Assembly: GCA_013265495.1 (NCBI GenBank)
Contig: MU057796.1
Location: forward strand, 434,001-498,000
Length of the DNA stretch: 64,000 nt
Direction of reading: 5' to 3'
From: Vicugna vicugna
Taxonomy: Eukaryota
Below, piece after piece: positions 41,000-55,561 of the stretch. Position 1 is the stretch's first letter. Every line of letters starts with the position of its first letter. Both the position numbers and the translations under genes were made by a program. The notes under the pieces are model-generated. The model had not been told where the DNA came from and did not search any database. It was given only the letters and a program-made list of their open reading frames with translations.

Positions 41000-43900
41000 G
41001 CTCCTGGCTTCCAGTCCTGACATATAAAGAGCTTGGAAGACATTACTCCTTCTTCCAAATACACTGAACAAAGCTGAACAAACTGAAAATCAACAACTCT
41101 TCTTAGATACATCAGAGAATTGAAGTCACAGGGCAAATTGCTGCCCTGAACACTGGAGAAATGGGCAAATATTGAGAATCACAGTTTTTTGGGAGCAGGC
41201 ATAGCCAGAAGCCAGCAATTGGTAGGAAAATTTAAACACTATTTTTTTTTAATTGCTGGAGATTGAGTGTGGGATAGCTTGAGCAATTCAAAAATACCTG
41301 GGGTCCCAACCTGAAAAGGCATCCACATTTTCATGAGTTTTACCTCCAGGAACTCAGGGTGACGATCAGAGAAAAAGTCTCTCCTGTTCCCATGAGGCAG
41401 AGGAAAAGTAACCATTTTGAATTACATCCAGATCATACTGTTCTCCTTAACAAAGGCCTGCCCTTATAGAAAAATACTTTACCGTTCTAACCCACATCAG
41501 ATTTAACAGAGCCTAACTGATCTGGGGGAAGGGAGATGCCCAACTGTAGCCCTCTCTCTAGCTATCTGTGTGACCCAAAGTGAGTGGTCAGGGAGAGCCA
41601 ATAAGTACATGTGAACATCATAGCCAAGGGGCACAGGCTCACTAAAAGGCTGAGACCTAATTGTAAGACTACAGAATGCTTCCCTTCCCATACCTTACTA
41701 CCACATCAACAGGGCTCCTATATTATAGTAGAGGATTCCAACAGAAAGAACTGCTAGACTCAGATTCTATTTAAGAAGGAGTCTCTAGGGAAAACCAAAG
41801 ACAGTAAGGGAGATAAAACTAAAGGAAATTGTAGCCAGCATCTGCAACTGTTGCAAGCAATAAATACAGCCAGCTAAACATAAAATCTTACATTAAAGGT
41901 CTATTTCCCCCAATTCCTTTGATTTAATACATCACATCAAGCTTTCAACAAAAAAAATCACAAGGTAAAATAAAAGGCAAAGAAAAAAACATATTTGGTA
42001 GAAGCAAAGTAAGCATCATAACTAGACACAGATATGGCAGAGGTTTTGAAATGATCTGAGCAGAAATTTAAAATAAATATGATTACTATGCTCAGAAGTC
42101 TAATGGAAAAGGTGGGCAATATGCAAGAACATATGAGTAAAGTCAGCAGATATATGGATACTCTAAAAAAAAAAAGGCTAAAAAAGGAATGCTAGAAATC
42201 AGAAGCAGAGTAAGAGAAGTAAAGAATGTCCTTGATGAGCTCCTCAGTAGACTAGACATGGCCGAGGAGAGAATCAGTGTGCTTGAAGATATGCCATCAT
42301 TTACCTTCTCACACTGAAAGACAAAGAGAAGAAAAAGAAAAAAAAATGGAAGAGAATAGCTAAGAACTGTGGACAATTTCATAAAGGCAGTATATGTGTA
42401 AGGGAACTACTGGAATAAATCAACAGAAAGAATATTTGAAGTAATAATGGCTAATAATTTCCCCAAGTTAATTACAGATGTCACCAAGCCACAGATATAA
42501 GCAGCTCAGAAAATGCCAAATAAGATAAATACCCAATCTCCACCTAGTTATGTGATAGTGAAACTGCTGATAATCAATGCTAAAGAGAAAATTTTTAAAG
42601 AAGCCAGAGGAGGAAAAACCTTAAATACAAGGAACAAAGATAAAAGTTATATCAGATTTTTCTTTAGGAATCTAGGAAGTAAGAAAGAGTGGAGTTAAAT
42701 ATTAAATGTTGAAAGAAAAAAAAGCCCACACTGTCCTAGAATTATGTATTCAGGGATAGCATCCTTTAAAAGTGAAGAAGAAAAATACTTTTTCAAATAA
42801 ATAAAAATGGAGAGGACTCATTACCAGTAGACTTGCCTTGCAAGAAATATTAAATGAAATTCTTCAATGAGAAGAAAAATAATACAGACCAGAAACTCAG
42901 ATGTACATAAAGAAAGCAAATACATTAGAGAAAGAATAAATGAAAATAAAAATTTTTTATTGTATTATTTTAATTGTTCTAACCTGAGAGCAGTTTGTTC
43001 AAAATCATAATAGCAACAATGTATTAATTGATTGTAACTTATAAATAAATACAATAAATGACTGCAGTGGAATAAAATACAACACAGAAGAATTAGGAAT
43101 ACTCTATTATAAATTGCCTGCACTACACATGAATTGAATAGTGTTATTTGAAAGTGTACTTAAATTAGTTGTAAATGTATATTTTAGACTCTAGGACAAC
43201 AACTAAATGTTTTTAAAAGTATATTGATATATTAAGAAAATAAATCGTTTCTCGGCCTTTTGGCTAAGATCAAGTGTGTATTAAGAAAATAAAGAAAATA
43301 GGATAGTATAAAATGCTCAATTAAAAACAAAGAAGGCAGGAAAAAGTGGAGATTAAAATATAAACAATGAACAAAGACAATAAACAGAAAAGTTGCAAAT
43401 AAGATAGATATTAATTCACCTATATCAAAAATCTCTTTAAATGTGAATAATCTAAATACATCAATTAAAAAACAGGTACTGTTTTAAACGGTGCCAAACT
43501 ATATGTTGTCTATGAGAAACCCACTTTAAATATTAAAAAAAAAACCCAAATAGATTAAAAGTAGAGGGGTGGGAAAAGATCTGCCATGTTAACAAATAAA
43601 CTGAAGGGTGGAGCAGCTATGTTAATTTCAAACAAAGCAGACTTCAGAATAAGAAAAATTGTCAGAGGTAAAGAGGCATTAAGTAATAGTAAAAGGGGTC
43701 AGTTCTTCAAGAAAATGCAATACTTTTAAATGTGTTTGTGCCTAACAACAAAGAATTAAAATAAATGAAACAAAATGTACAGAACTATAAGGAAAATAGA
43801 CAAATACACTATTGTAGTTGAGAATTAAATATCCTGCTACCAGTAAATAACAGATCTAGCAGGCAGAAAATCAGGAAAGATGTAGTTGAACAAAATGGCA

Positions 43901-46900
43901 CCATCACTCAACTGAATCTAACTGATATTTATAAATTATTTTATCCAACAAGAATGGAATACACATTCTCCATAAACTCCCTTGGTCATTCACTGAAGTA
44001 GATCATATTTGGGGTCATAAAACACATTTTAACAAAATTGAAAAAAATAGGTACAACACAAGATATGCTTCTCAGATTACAACTGAGTTAAAGTCAATAA
44101 TAGAAAGATACCTGGAAAAAATCCCCAAATATTTGAAGATTAAACAGCACACTTCTAAATGTCACATGGATCAAAGAAGAAGTCTCAAGATAATTTAAAA
44201 AAATATTTTGAATTAAATGAAATGGAAATACAGTTTATCAAAATTTATGGGATGCAGCAAAGCAGCGCTTAGAGGGAAATGTGTAGCATTAAAATAATAT
44301 AATAGAAAAGAAGAAATAACTAAAACCAGGAATCTAATTTTCCATCTGAGAAAACTAGAAAAAGAGGAGTAAATTAAATCCAATGTCAGTAGAAGGAAAA
44401 AAAACAACAGTGTAGCTATCAATGAAATTAAAAACAGGAAATTAATAGAGAAAAATTAATGAAACCAAAAGCTGATTCTTTGAAAAGATCAGTAAATTGA
44501 TAAATCTCTAACCAGTGTAACCCCCCACCCTCCAAGAAAAGAGTGAAGACATAAATTACTAATATAAAGAATGAAAATGTGGTCACCACTAATGATCCCT
44601 TAGACAGTAAAAGAGTAACAGAAAATATGAAAATTCTGTGCCCACAAATTTAATAACTTAGGTGAAATGGACCAATTACTTGAAAGATGCAACCAAGCAA
44701 AATTCACACAAAGAGAAAAAGATGAGTAATAGGCCTATATTTATTGAATAAATTGAGTCAACAATTAGCCTCCCAAAAGAGAGAGCACCAGGCCAGGATG
44801 GCTTCCCTGGTGAGCTCTAACATACAGTTAGGGAATAAGTGACAGCAGTTCACATATTCACTTCCAGAAAATAGAAACAGATAAAACATTTCTTAATTTC
44901 TTTTATGAGCCCAGCATTACCCTAATAACCAACCCAGAAAAAATTTTATTGGAAAGGAAAGTTACAGACTAATATCTTTCATGAACATAGATGCAAACAT
45001 TAGCAATCTAAAGAAAACATTAGCAAATCTAATTCCACTATGTATAAAAGAAATTAGACACCATGAAAGAGTATGATTTATTCTAGGTATGTAAGACCAG
45101 AACAATATTTGAAAATCAGTTAATGTAATCCACCCATCAACAAGCTAAAGAAAAAAAGCTCTATATAATTATTTCCAAAGGTGCAGAAAAAGAAATAAAA
45201 GACATACAGACTGGGAAGGAAGAAATTAAAGTGTCCTTGTTTGTGAAGGACATGATTGTCTATATAGAAAATATCAACAAATCAACAACAAAGAAACCCT
45301 GAAAACAGTACTTATAGCAGATTTTCAGAATACAAGGTTAATATTGAAAAGTCAGTTGCTTTCCTATATATGAACAATGAACAATTGGAATTTGAAATTA
45401 AAAACAGAACATTGTTTACATTTGCCCCCAAAAATGAAATACTTCAGTATATATAAATCTAATAAAATATGCATAAAATCTATATGAGGAGAACTACAAA
45501 ATGCTGATGAAAGATATAAAAAAATTCCATCTAAATAAATGGTCAGACTGGCAGACTCATTATTGTTAAGACATCAGTTCTTCCCAGCTTGACTTACAGA
45601 TTCAATGTAATTCCAATCAAAATCCCAGAATGTTACTTTGTGGATAATGATGAACTGATTCTCAACTGTACGTGGAAAGACAAATCAGAATAGCCAACAT
45701 GAATATCACCACTCAAATTCAGGGTTTACTATAAAGCTATAGGATTTACTATAAAGATTCTGTATGGTATCGGTGAAAGAAGAGACAGATCAGTGGAACA
45801 GAACAGAGAGCTCAAAAATAGTCCCAAACAACAACATCAACTGATCTTTCACAAAGGAGGCAAGGTGATTCAGTGAAAAAAAAAATCTTTTCCAAAAATG
45901 ACTTTGTAGCAACTGAACATTCATATGCCAAAAAAAGAATCTACACACAGACTTTATATATATATTTTTGCAAAAAACTAACTCAAAATTTTGATCATAC
46001 ATAAATGTAAAATGCAAAGCTATAGAAGTTCTGGGAGAAGTATAACAAATCTAGATGATCTTGGGTTTGGCAATGAGTCCTCAGATAAAATACCCAAATC
46101 ATGATCTATGAAAGAAAAAAATTGATATTGTACTTTGAAATTAAAAACGTCTACTCTTTAAAAAGACACTGTTGAGAGATAGATAAGTCACAGACTAGGA
46201 CAAAATATTGGCAAAATATGTATTTGTTAAAAGACTGTTATCCATAGTATACAAAGAACTTTTAAAACTCAACAATAAGAAAATAAGCCAATTAAGAAAT
46301 AAGCAAAAACCTAGAACAGAGACTTCAACAAAGAAGATATACAGATGGCATGCAAGCATATGGAAAGATGCTTAATGTCATATGTCGTTAGGGAAATAAA
46401 AGTCACAACAACCATGGGATACCACCATATTTATCAGAATGGCTAAAATTCAAAAGACTGGCAACATCAAATGCTGTTGAAGATGTACAGCCTCTGAAAC
46501 ACTCATTTATTGCAGATGGGAATGTAAAATGGCACGGCTACTGTGGAAGACAGTCCAGCAGTTTCTTACAAATCCAAACCTAGTCTTAACATATGATCCA
46601 GCAATTGCATTTCTAGGTATTTACCCAAAATGAATTGAAAACTTATGTTGTTACAAAAATCTGCATGAAAATATTTGTAGCAGCTTTATTTATAATAATC
46701 AAAAATAGAATCAAGCAAAGTGTACTTCAACAGTGGAATGGATAAACAAAGTGCATCCATACAATGGAATATTATTCAGCACTGAAAAGTGAACTCATAA
46801 CCCACGAAAGTAGATGGAGGACATTTAAATATATACTGCTAAGTGAAAGATGCTGGTCTTAAAGTATCCTTCCAGTGTAATCAACTATATGATATTCTAG

Positions 46901-47290
46901 AAAATGCAAAGCTATCAAGAGAGTAAAAAGATTACTGGTTGCCAGACATTCAGGGAGAGGGAGCATTGATAAATATGTGGAGCACAGGGCACTTTTAGGG
47001 CAGTGAAACTATTCTGTATGATACTGTAATGGTGGATATATGATATGCATTTGTCAAGACCCATAGAACAATATAACACAAAGAGTGGACTCTAATTAAA
47101 ACTAATAAAGTATCAAATTTAGTTTATCAGTTATAGTTAATGTGCCATACTAATGCAAAATACTATTACTAGGAGAAACAGTGCAATATGTGGAAAAAGT
47201 GTGTATTTGGGATCTCTCTGTATTTTCTGTGCAACTTTTCTATAATCCTAAAGCTGCTCTGAAAAATAAACTCTGTGAGTTAAAAAAAAA
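41000..47290 (+). mobile_element. Near full-length ancient L1 (L1MC/MD-like), degenerate
   Basis: 5' region, ORF1-like segment (KEKIFKEARG), A-rich ORF2 remnants and 3'UTR GTGAAACTATTCTGTATGATACTGTAATGG, ending AATAAA...A-run at 47281-47290. Confidence 0.88.
43244..43281 (+). pseudogene. RNU2: 3'-truncated (tailless) U2 snRNA pseudogene
   Basis: ATCGTTTCTCGGCCTTTTGGCTAAGATCAAGTGTGTAT matches the U2 5' end (ATCGCTTCTCGGCCTTTTGGCTAAGATCAAGTGTAGTAT). Flanking direct repeat TATTAAGAAAATAAA at 43230-43244 and 43279-43293. Confidence 0.93.
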
Positions 47291-48459
47291 TTAGTCCCAT
47301 GACTATTAGAACTAGTTGAATTATTTTCATGGTATAACTTTAAAACAATGACCAATGAATAACATTCAGTGAGCTACATGTAATCTGTCATTCTGATGTA
47401 CTAATCACTTGAAAGAACTAACAGCAGCCCCTGATGATGTCTGGCTCATAACAAAAAGAGAGTTGGGAATAAGAATCTGGCTCAAATATGATTTCCTGCA
47501 TCATCCCACCTTCAGTGCTGTCTGCCAATATGACTAATTGCTTAAGTAACTAGATTTAAAGATTTTTTTCATGATTGCATTTAGTGAAAAATTTGGGAAC
47601 TTAACGTGTTACTATTATACATTTCATGATCTGGTAGTATCACTGAAAAAAGAATTAAAAAGAAAATCTATTACTAACGTACAAGGAAGTGCTTCCATGC
47701 CAATAACAATGTACTGTCTTGCCTGCACATCCCAAAATTCAACCTGTTCACTTCTCAAAATAGTAAAAATATTCACACACAGCTGTCAGCATAAACAAAA
47801 CTGTGCTCTCTGCATCACAGAGAGAGTGTTTGTAGAAACTAAAACACAAGCATGGCTGAGTCTGTCTCTACACAGGTTTAAAAGTTATCATTTACGTAAG
47901 AATCAGCAGTATACAGCATGTTTAAAAAGTTTGAAATAAAAATATGTAGCTAAAGGCTTGCAGCTGAAACAAAAAATTCTGAGATATTATCTAACTGAAA
48001 ATAGATTTTAAAGCTTATGGTACAACTTTACCAATACATCATATCACGTAGGTAGTCCCTAACCATCATGTAACATATATGTGTGTGTGTGTGTGTATGT
48101 ATAACATAGCAGAATCCTTGGAAGTTAGAGGTCACAAAAAACATTATCTCTGATAAAGTTCAGGGACATTTAAGAGTTGGTAGGATGAAAAGACCATTGA
48201 TTAACCATTAGCAAATTGAGATACTAGCTTCACTCACATCCATCTTCAACTAGACATATAGCCTTCAGCAAGTCATTTGGACTTTCTGAGACTCAATCCC
48301 TAAAGAAGAGGCAATTATACTTATTGTGATAATCAAATGAAGTAATAAATGGAATATAAATGAATGTTATTAAACACCTATAAGAACGCCTGGTAATAAA
48401 TGAATCAATTTTCTTTTCTATTGATGGCTAGATAGGGCAATTTTGGTTTTGGTATGGAA

Positions 48460-49282
48460 TTTTTTGGATTTATTTACGTATTTATTTTACAATATCATAT
48501 ATTTTAAATTGAAGGATAGTCAATATACAATATTTTATGTTGCAGTATACAATATAGTGATTCACAATTTTTAAAGGCTATATTCCATTTATAGTTATTA
48601 TAAAATGTTGGTTATATTCCCCATGTTTACAATACATCCTTGTAGCTTATTTTATACCTGATAGTTTGTACATTTTAATCCTCCACCTCATCTTGTCTCT
48701 CCCTCTTCCATCCCCCACTGGTAACCACTAGTTCCTTCTCTACATCTGTGAGTCTGTTTCTTTTCTGTTATATTCACTAGTTTGTTGTATATATATTTTT
48801 TAGATTCCACAAGTAAGTCATATCTTACACTATTTGTCTTTCTCTGTCTGACTTATTTCACTTAACATAATGCCCTCCAAGTCCATCCATGCTGTACACC
48901 AGAAACTAATACAACATTTAAAATCAACTGTACTTCAAAAGCAAACAAACAAACAACCCACTTAAAATATAGGCAGAAGAACTGAACAGACATTTTTTCC
49001 AAAAGAGGAAATGCAGATGGCCAATAGGAACAGGAAAGGTTGCTCAACATCACTAATATCAGGGAAATGCAAATCAAAATCACAATGAGATAGCATCTCA
49101 CACTTGTCAGAATGACCATCATCAAAAAGAACACAAATAACAAATGTTGGCAAGGATGTGGAAAGAAGGGAACCCTTGTACACTGTTGGTGGGAATGTAA
49201 ATTGCGGCAGCCACTGTGGAAAACAATATAGAGGTTTCTCAAAAACCAGAAAATTGAACCACCATATGGCCCAGCAATACCA
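48460..49282 (-). mobile_element. 5'-inverted L1 insertion
   Basis: Minus-strand 3'UTR at 48460-48895 and plus-strand ORF2 C-terminal piece at ~48950-49282. Flanking GGTTTTGGTA at 48445-48454 and 49283-49292. Confidence 0.75.
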
Positions 49283-49319
49283 GGTTTTGGTAGTAGTATT
49301 TTTAAGAAAAAACTAAGTT

Positions 49320-49640
49320 TAGAGGAAGGGATAGAATGATGAATAGGTACAGTATAAGGGGATTTTTAGGACAGTGAAACTATTCTGTTGATACTGTAAT
49401 TATATTTGTCAAAACCCATAGAACTATAAACAAAGAATAAACTGTAATGTAAACTATAAACTTTAGTTAATGATGTATCAATATTTTTATATCAGTTGTA
49501 ACTCATGTACTGCACTAATGCAAGGTGTGATAACAGGAGAAACTGTACGTTGTGGGAGGAGTTTACGGGAACTCTGAATTTCCTGTACAATATTTATGTC
49601 GACTCAAAACAGCTCTAAAATCTGCACCAGCTTAAAAACT
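49320..49640 (+). mobile_element. Old L1MC-like 3'UTR
   Basis: Similar to 46970-47280. Confidence 0.75.
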
Positions 49641-51339
49641 TACTTCACAACTGTTTAAAAAGAATGAGAATGTGAAGGGAATGAAAAGGAGGAATAAGGG
49701 TGGGTATGACAGGGAGAGAAAAGTAGGGTATGCAGCTTGAGGAAGAGATATCCAAACCGAAGGGGTGGACAATGTGACAGATAAAGAACAATGAAGGGAG
49801 AAAGCCAGAGATGTAAGGAGAGAATGTGAAAAAAAAATTAGAGAGAAGCAGGGAAAAAGGAAGAGCCAGAGTCAGAATTATTTTCTGATGTCACACTTAG
49901 GTTTGGCATATGGTTTATGAGTGTGTCGTAAAAAAGAGAGATTCAAACTGGGATACACCTGCTCTAGCAGATATTCAGGGACTTTCCAGGGGATACCAAG
50001 AAATCATAAGCCTCCAGTCTCTCCTTGTTGCACTTGTATTTCTGTTAAAAATGTTAGAAATGGAGTATTCTGTCATTCTTGGGATGTGAAATATGAAAGT
50101 AACTATTTTTGATGTGAGAGTAGGGGCAATGATGGCAATTTTTGTTTAATGACCTCGCTTCTTCTATCCCTCAACTATTAGAAAAGGATGCATTGTCTTG
50201 TGAACATGGGTCCACTCAAGTTTAGGGGCTTGAATTTCATAAAATCTGGGGAACCCTCATTATGAAAAAGAATACAACTTTTTTTATTAAAAGATTATGT
50301 GCAAAAATGACTACTTGGAATGAGGAAATAAACACCCAACAAATTACATTGGTTTCAAATTTGAAAATGCTGACAAATGCTAGAAGTATCACAGTTCAGA
50401 AAAACAACTCTTTATTACTACCCAAGTGAAAAAATTCCTCATCTTTCCTCTCTGTTTTTTGCCTGCATATGTTTTGAACATTTCTTCATTAAACAGTTGG
50501 GTAACGTCATCTCCTATGGACAGAATGGAAAGATAATTCAATCTTTTCCTCTAGCAGGCTTGATGGAAAATTATTTTCTTAGTATTGACAACATAGAACA
50601 TTTTCCATCAGATTTACAACCAGTACTGGTACTATTGGTGACTGTTTAAGATTGTTGCCAAATGTAGGAAGTGTCTTTCTTATACGAGTGCTGAGATTTG
50701 CAAGAATTTTCTCAGACTAGCTTCTTGTTTTTCCTATGCTACCTACAAATTTCCTGTAGCGATGATGAGGAAGGTTGCTTCGGCGGACAAGTTCACATTT
50801 TGGCACTGTAAGTTCACATCGTGTCATGATGTGAGGAGCATGTCTGTATTAGGACAGCTATAGGAGCAAGTATACATGATCGCGACTACTTGACAGTAAA
50901 TCATGTAAAAATATCCCATCAGACCCAAAGTAAATGTTTCTTCAACTCCCTTTTCCTTTTGTGATTTTTTCCAGAAAGCCTGAGGCCACTGCAAGCACAA
51001 AGTTAGTGATGAAGGAAGGGAAGTCAAAGTGAAAAGAGTCAGCAATTAGGGCTGCACTATCTTACTGTTACACATTTTGTAAAAATGTAATGACCACGTG
51101 ACCACACTGCTTGCACGCCTCCGAGACCTGGCTTTGGAAAGCTGTGTCATCCTTGTTGTTTCAGCTTCTTTACCTTCACAGAGTATTTACTAAAGGGAGA
51201 GGCAAATGGCAAATCAAAAAAAAAAAATTAGAAAAAGTATGACCAGCAAGAATTAATGAATACTAACAATGATCTCTTTTCCACATATTTAAACATAAGC
51301 AATTTTAAAAACAGTTTTCAATTTCCATTTCCAGGCCTG

Positions 51340-53160
51340 GGTATTAGCAGGGAAGAAATGAACCTTTAAATATCTGAAGAAGCTTAATGAGCTGATTCTC
51401 TTGAAAGTTACTTGACTATTTTCAGGGGCTACCAAAATTTTCAATGTACACTGGATGAAACCTATGGGTAAAATTTTGTGTGATTTCTTTAGAACCTGTG
51501 TATATTATGCAAAAGGAATTTTACTCTACTTTACCAAATCAGATAATTGTAAAACAACAAAAAACTAAACCAAGAAAGAATTGTACCATACAAAAAATTT
51601 ATTACAGTGAAGTTATTCTAAGTGCATTCTGTCATCAATTTAATTCATTTTACAAAAAGTTTAATATAATCCACTTCATCACAAAAAATACAATTATATT
51701 CTAAGTGCTCAATCAATAATTAATTTTAGAAGTAGTTTATTATTTCATGAAATATATAGAAAAAGTATAATTGTGATGTTTTAAGATATTGATGTTATCT
51801 CAGGGCTTTAAAATGTGGTTTTGATTTAATTATTCTCACATGCTAAGCAACATTTATGGGAGGCATATAATATGTTACTTCATAAATAAATTATAATCTT
51901 TAAACAGTATATTGGATTATAACAAGCTATAGGACAAGAAATTAATTTTCTTATTTTTATGAATTAGTATGATGCTAACAAGTTGGTTATATTAGTGAAT
52001 TTAAAATTTTGCTGCCTTTTGTTCTCATTTCTTGATATGAATATTAAGACTGTATCTGAATAAAAAATGAATAGACTTTTTCTGAAAGTTGGATTGGAGT
52101 GACTGTTGACAACAGATAACTAGGCTTGCTTATTGAGATATATATAAACTATTCCCCACAAATTGAAGGACCTAAATCTGCATCTTGAAGATTTGGACTG
52201 ATCAAGTTATTTAAACATCTGATGAAATAAGAGCATTTAATAAAAATTATTGTTACAGCAAAGTTGTATTGAAACAATCAATGTTTAGATTTTTCTTTCT
52301 GAATCTATTGGATTATGTAAAGTGCTTCAAGCAGGCATAATTAATAGGCATTTGATAAATCTTAGTGAAGCCTTTTGGTATACTTCCCAGAAGTTGAGAA
52401 ACTGAAAGATTCTACTGACTAACAAAGATTTTTGCAAATTAGGTCATTTCCAATTCTTTTCTTTCAAGATATTTGAAGGGAGGACTATTCAAATTGTCGG
52501 CTCATACATCATTAAGAATAATTTTGACAATACATCACTATATGATACTTGGCATATACGTCAAGAAGAATGTGAAGAATTGATTATCATTAGTACACAA
52601 TTCCTTTTATTCTCATCTCCTTATTTAGATGAACAAGGTCTCTCAGTCTTTACAAAAATAATCACAGGAATTAAATTGAATTTGTGCTGTGCCCTATTTC
52701 ACTCTACTAATAAACAGTATTCATTTACAAATACATGAACTGATTAAAGTAAAGCAGCTTTAGTTATTTCACCATGAGATTCATTTCCAATTAAACTTAC
52801 TCTTTTCTTCCAATACATTTCCAAGTTTGTAGCATATTATATTAATTGTGTTATGTTAATGTATTACTAATAAGTCTAATAATAATTCAATCCAGAAAAT
52901 CATTTAGTGCCTTATGGTTAGAGAGAATTTAACAAAAATAAAATTCTAATTTATATACACATTTTGTGACAGATATGTATATTTTATAAAATCAATAAGA
53001 CTCAAGAATAAAATATAAGGGGATAAAAATATAGAGATGGTAAAATAGAATTTCAATGAGAAAATGAAATGTTATAACTTTTCCTAATAAAGAGTAGCCT
53101 GTTCATGAATTTTTTAATTGAAATTGTGGGTATTAAATTATTATGACATTTGGAGTTCCT
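51340..53160 (+). mobile_element. hAT/Charlie transposase fossil
   Basis: Degenerate motifs RLAY..KLKDLNLHL (~52122-52190) and TQFLLFSSPYLDEQGLSVFTKI (52595-52660), resembling hAT LAYLxDIFxKLNxLNLxL and the hATC dimerisation motif LLPFxSTYLCExGFS. Confidence 0.7.
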
Positions 53161-53171
53161 TGGATACACGT

Positions 53172-53898
53172 ATTTTTATTTTTATTTTTATTGTGGTAAC
53201 AGCATGTCTCATGACATCTTCATAGATTTTTAAGTGTCCGATACAGTATTGTTAACTATAGGCACAAGGCTGTACAGATCTATAGAACTTACTCATCTTG
53301 AAAAACTTAAAATTCACACTCATTGATGAGAAACTTCATATTTTCCCCTCACCCTGGTCACTGCTTTTGTGAGTTCAGCTTTTGCAGATTCCACATGTGA
53401 GGTGTTTGTCTTATGCCTGGTTTATTTCATTTAGAAAAACGTCCTCCAGGTTTATGTAAGTTGTCGCGTGGAGCAAGATTTTCTTCAATTTTGAGGCTGA
53501 GTTATATTCTGACAAACACTTAGATTGTTTACGTATCCTGGATATTGAAAATGATACCTCATTGAATGTGGAGGTGCAGATATCTTTTTGAATTAGTGTT
53601 TTCCTTTTCTTTGCAGAACTATCCAGAAGTGGGATTGCAGGATCATGTAGTAGATCTATTTCTAATTTTTCGAGAAAACTCCATACTGTTTTCCAGAGCA
53701 GTTGTATCATTTTGCATGCCTGTTAACAGTGTACAGGGGTTTCGGTTTCTTCACATCCTCATTCAGACTTGCTATCCTTTTTTTTTTTTTGATAATAGCC
53801 ATCTTAACAAGTATGAAGTGATATTTCATTGTTTTGATTGCCTTTCCATGATGATTAGTGACATGAAGCATCTTTTCATATACTTGTTGGCCATTTTC
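53172..53898 (-). mobile_element. L1MA-like 3' fragment
   Basis: ORF 53411-53710 LWKTVWSFLEKLEIDLLHDPAIPLL. Degenerate TSD TTGG(A/C)TACA. Confidence 0.85.
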
Positions 53899-54217
53899 AT
53901 TGGCTACATTTTTTTAAATTTTAGTTTTACTTTTGTTTTAAAACAATATTTATAGTACACCTGAATTTTCACCATCTGAAACTTATAATTAAGATTCTTA
54001 GATGACTATTTTAAAATATGCAAAATGTACATAGTTTTTAAAAATAATTTTAAGGAATACAGAAGAAAAATATTTGAAGGTTATTACTGTAAATGCTATA
54101 AAAAACTTCTGATACTATGGTTTTTAAAAAAAATAATTTCATTATTCTTGAGGGAACACATAACTTATAATTTATATAATACTATTATGATTATAATGAA
54201 AATTAGTTGTCTTTTCC

Positions 54218-54426
54218 CAAGGGTCAGCACACTAGACCCCACCAGCTATTTTTGCTTTAAAGGTTTTATTAGAACACAACATCTATGTGCATATGTTTCT
54301 AAATTGTCCGTGGCAGCTTTCACACTATAAGGACAGAGGTGAGTAGCTGCATTAGAGAGCAGATGGCCTGCATATGCTAAACTATTTAGTATGTGGTCCT
54401 TTCTTGTAAATGTTTTTCAGCCCCTG
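54218..54426 (+). mobile_element. MER58A-like hAT MITE
   Basis: CAAGGGTCAGCA...CAGCCCCTG termini, with internal GTTTTATTAGAACAC and GGCAGCTTTCACACTATAAGG. Confidence 0.75.
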
Positions 54427-54829
54427 CTCTATCACATCCTGCTCCACTCTGAGTGAAGAAGAAACTAAAACTCTTTATTTCTTCTGATATTTCACTCTAC
54501 GTTTATGAATGTCATGTATATTGTTATTATCCTACATTAAAAGACAAATACACACACATACACACACATGCACACACGCATACACAAGTGCTCCCAGCAA
54601 ACATACAAACACTTCCCTTTTTGCTTAAATTAGTATTTAGAATTTTTCAATTACTGTGACTAATTGTTAAAAACTGACACTTTTTATTTCCTTCCTGTGC
54701 AATCTTGACTTTCCTGAAATTAAAATTATTTTGATGTGTCCAAATAAAAAACAATATTAATATAACCCTCAAAAAACCTTTCTACATTGCTGGGAGTTTT
54801 CAGCAGGATTTCACTCATATACTCCTAAT

Positions 54830-55561
54830 ATAAGTGTAGAATAGTGTACAAATCTTGTGTGTGGCTTGACAAAATTTTACAAAATGTAACTGCTACCCAG
54901 AACAAGATATAGAACATTAGGAGCACCCCACAGTGTCTCTGTGTTCCCTCCCAGACATTCCAGCCCCCAAAGTAACCACTACTATGATTGCCATTATGAT
55001 AGATTTGTATTCTCTGTTCTTGAACTTGTTATAAATAAAATCATACAACAAAACTCTATTGTATCTTTTGTCATTCATGACAGTGAGATTTATTCATGTG
55101 GTTGTATGCACGTCATTACCTCCCGTGCCTGGTTTTGCAAGAAACTGTCAAACCCTCTTCCAAGATGGCTACGCCATTTTGCATTCTCATCAGCAATGAA
55201 AGAGAGTTCCCATTGTCCCACATCCTTGCCAGCGTTTGGGTTGTTGGTGTGTTGGATTTTGGCCATTCGAATAGGTGTGTTCTGGCATCTTGTTGTTTTA
55301 ATTTGAAATCCCCAATGACACATGATGTGGAGCATCTTTTTTGTATACTCATTGCCATCCGTATATTTTCTTTGGTGGTGTCTGTTCAGATCTTCGGCAC
55401 ATTTTAAAGTCAAGTTGTTCATTTTCTAATTGTTCACTTTTAAAAGTTCTTTGTATTTTTTTGGAAAACAATCTTTATCAGATGGGTCTTTTGTAGATAT
55501 TTTCTCTTAGTCCCTGGCTTAACTTCTTGCTTTCTTGACAGAGTCTTTTGCAGAGCACAAG
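54830..55561 (-). mobile_element. Old L1 fragments; left half of the host L1 split by the chimeric element
   Basis: AEDLNRH...IRMAKI...NAGKDVGQWELSFIADENAKW ORF2 remnant. Confidence 0.85.
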
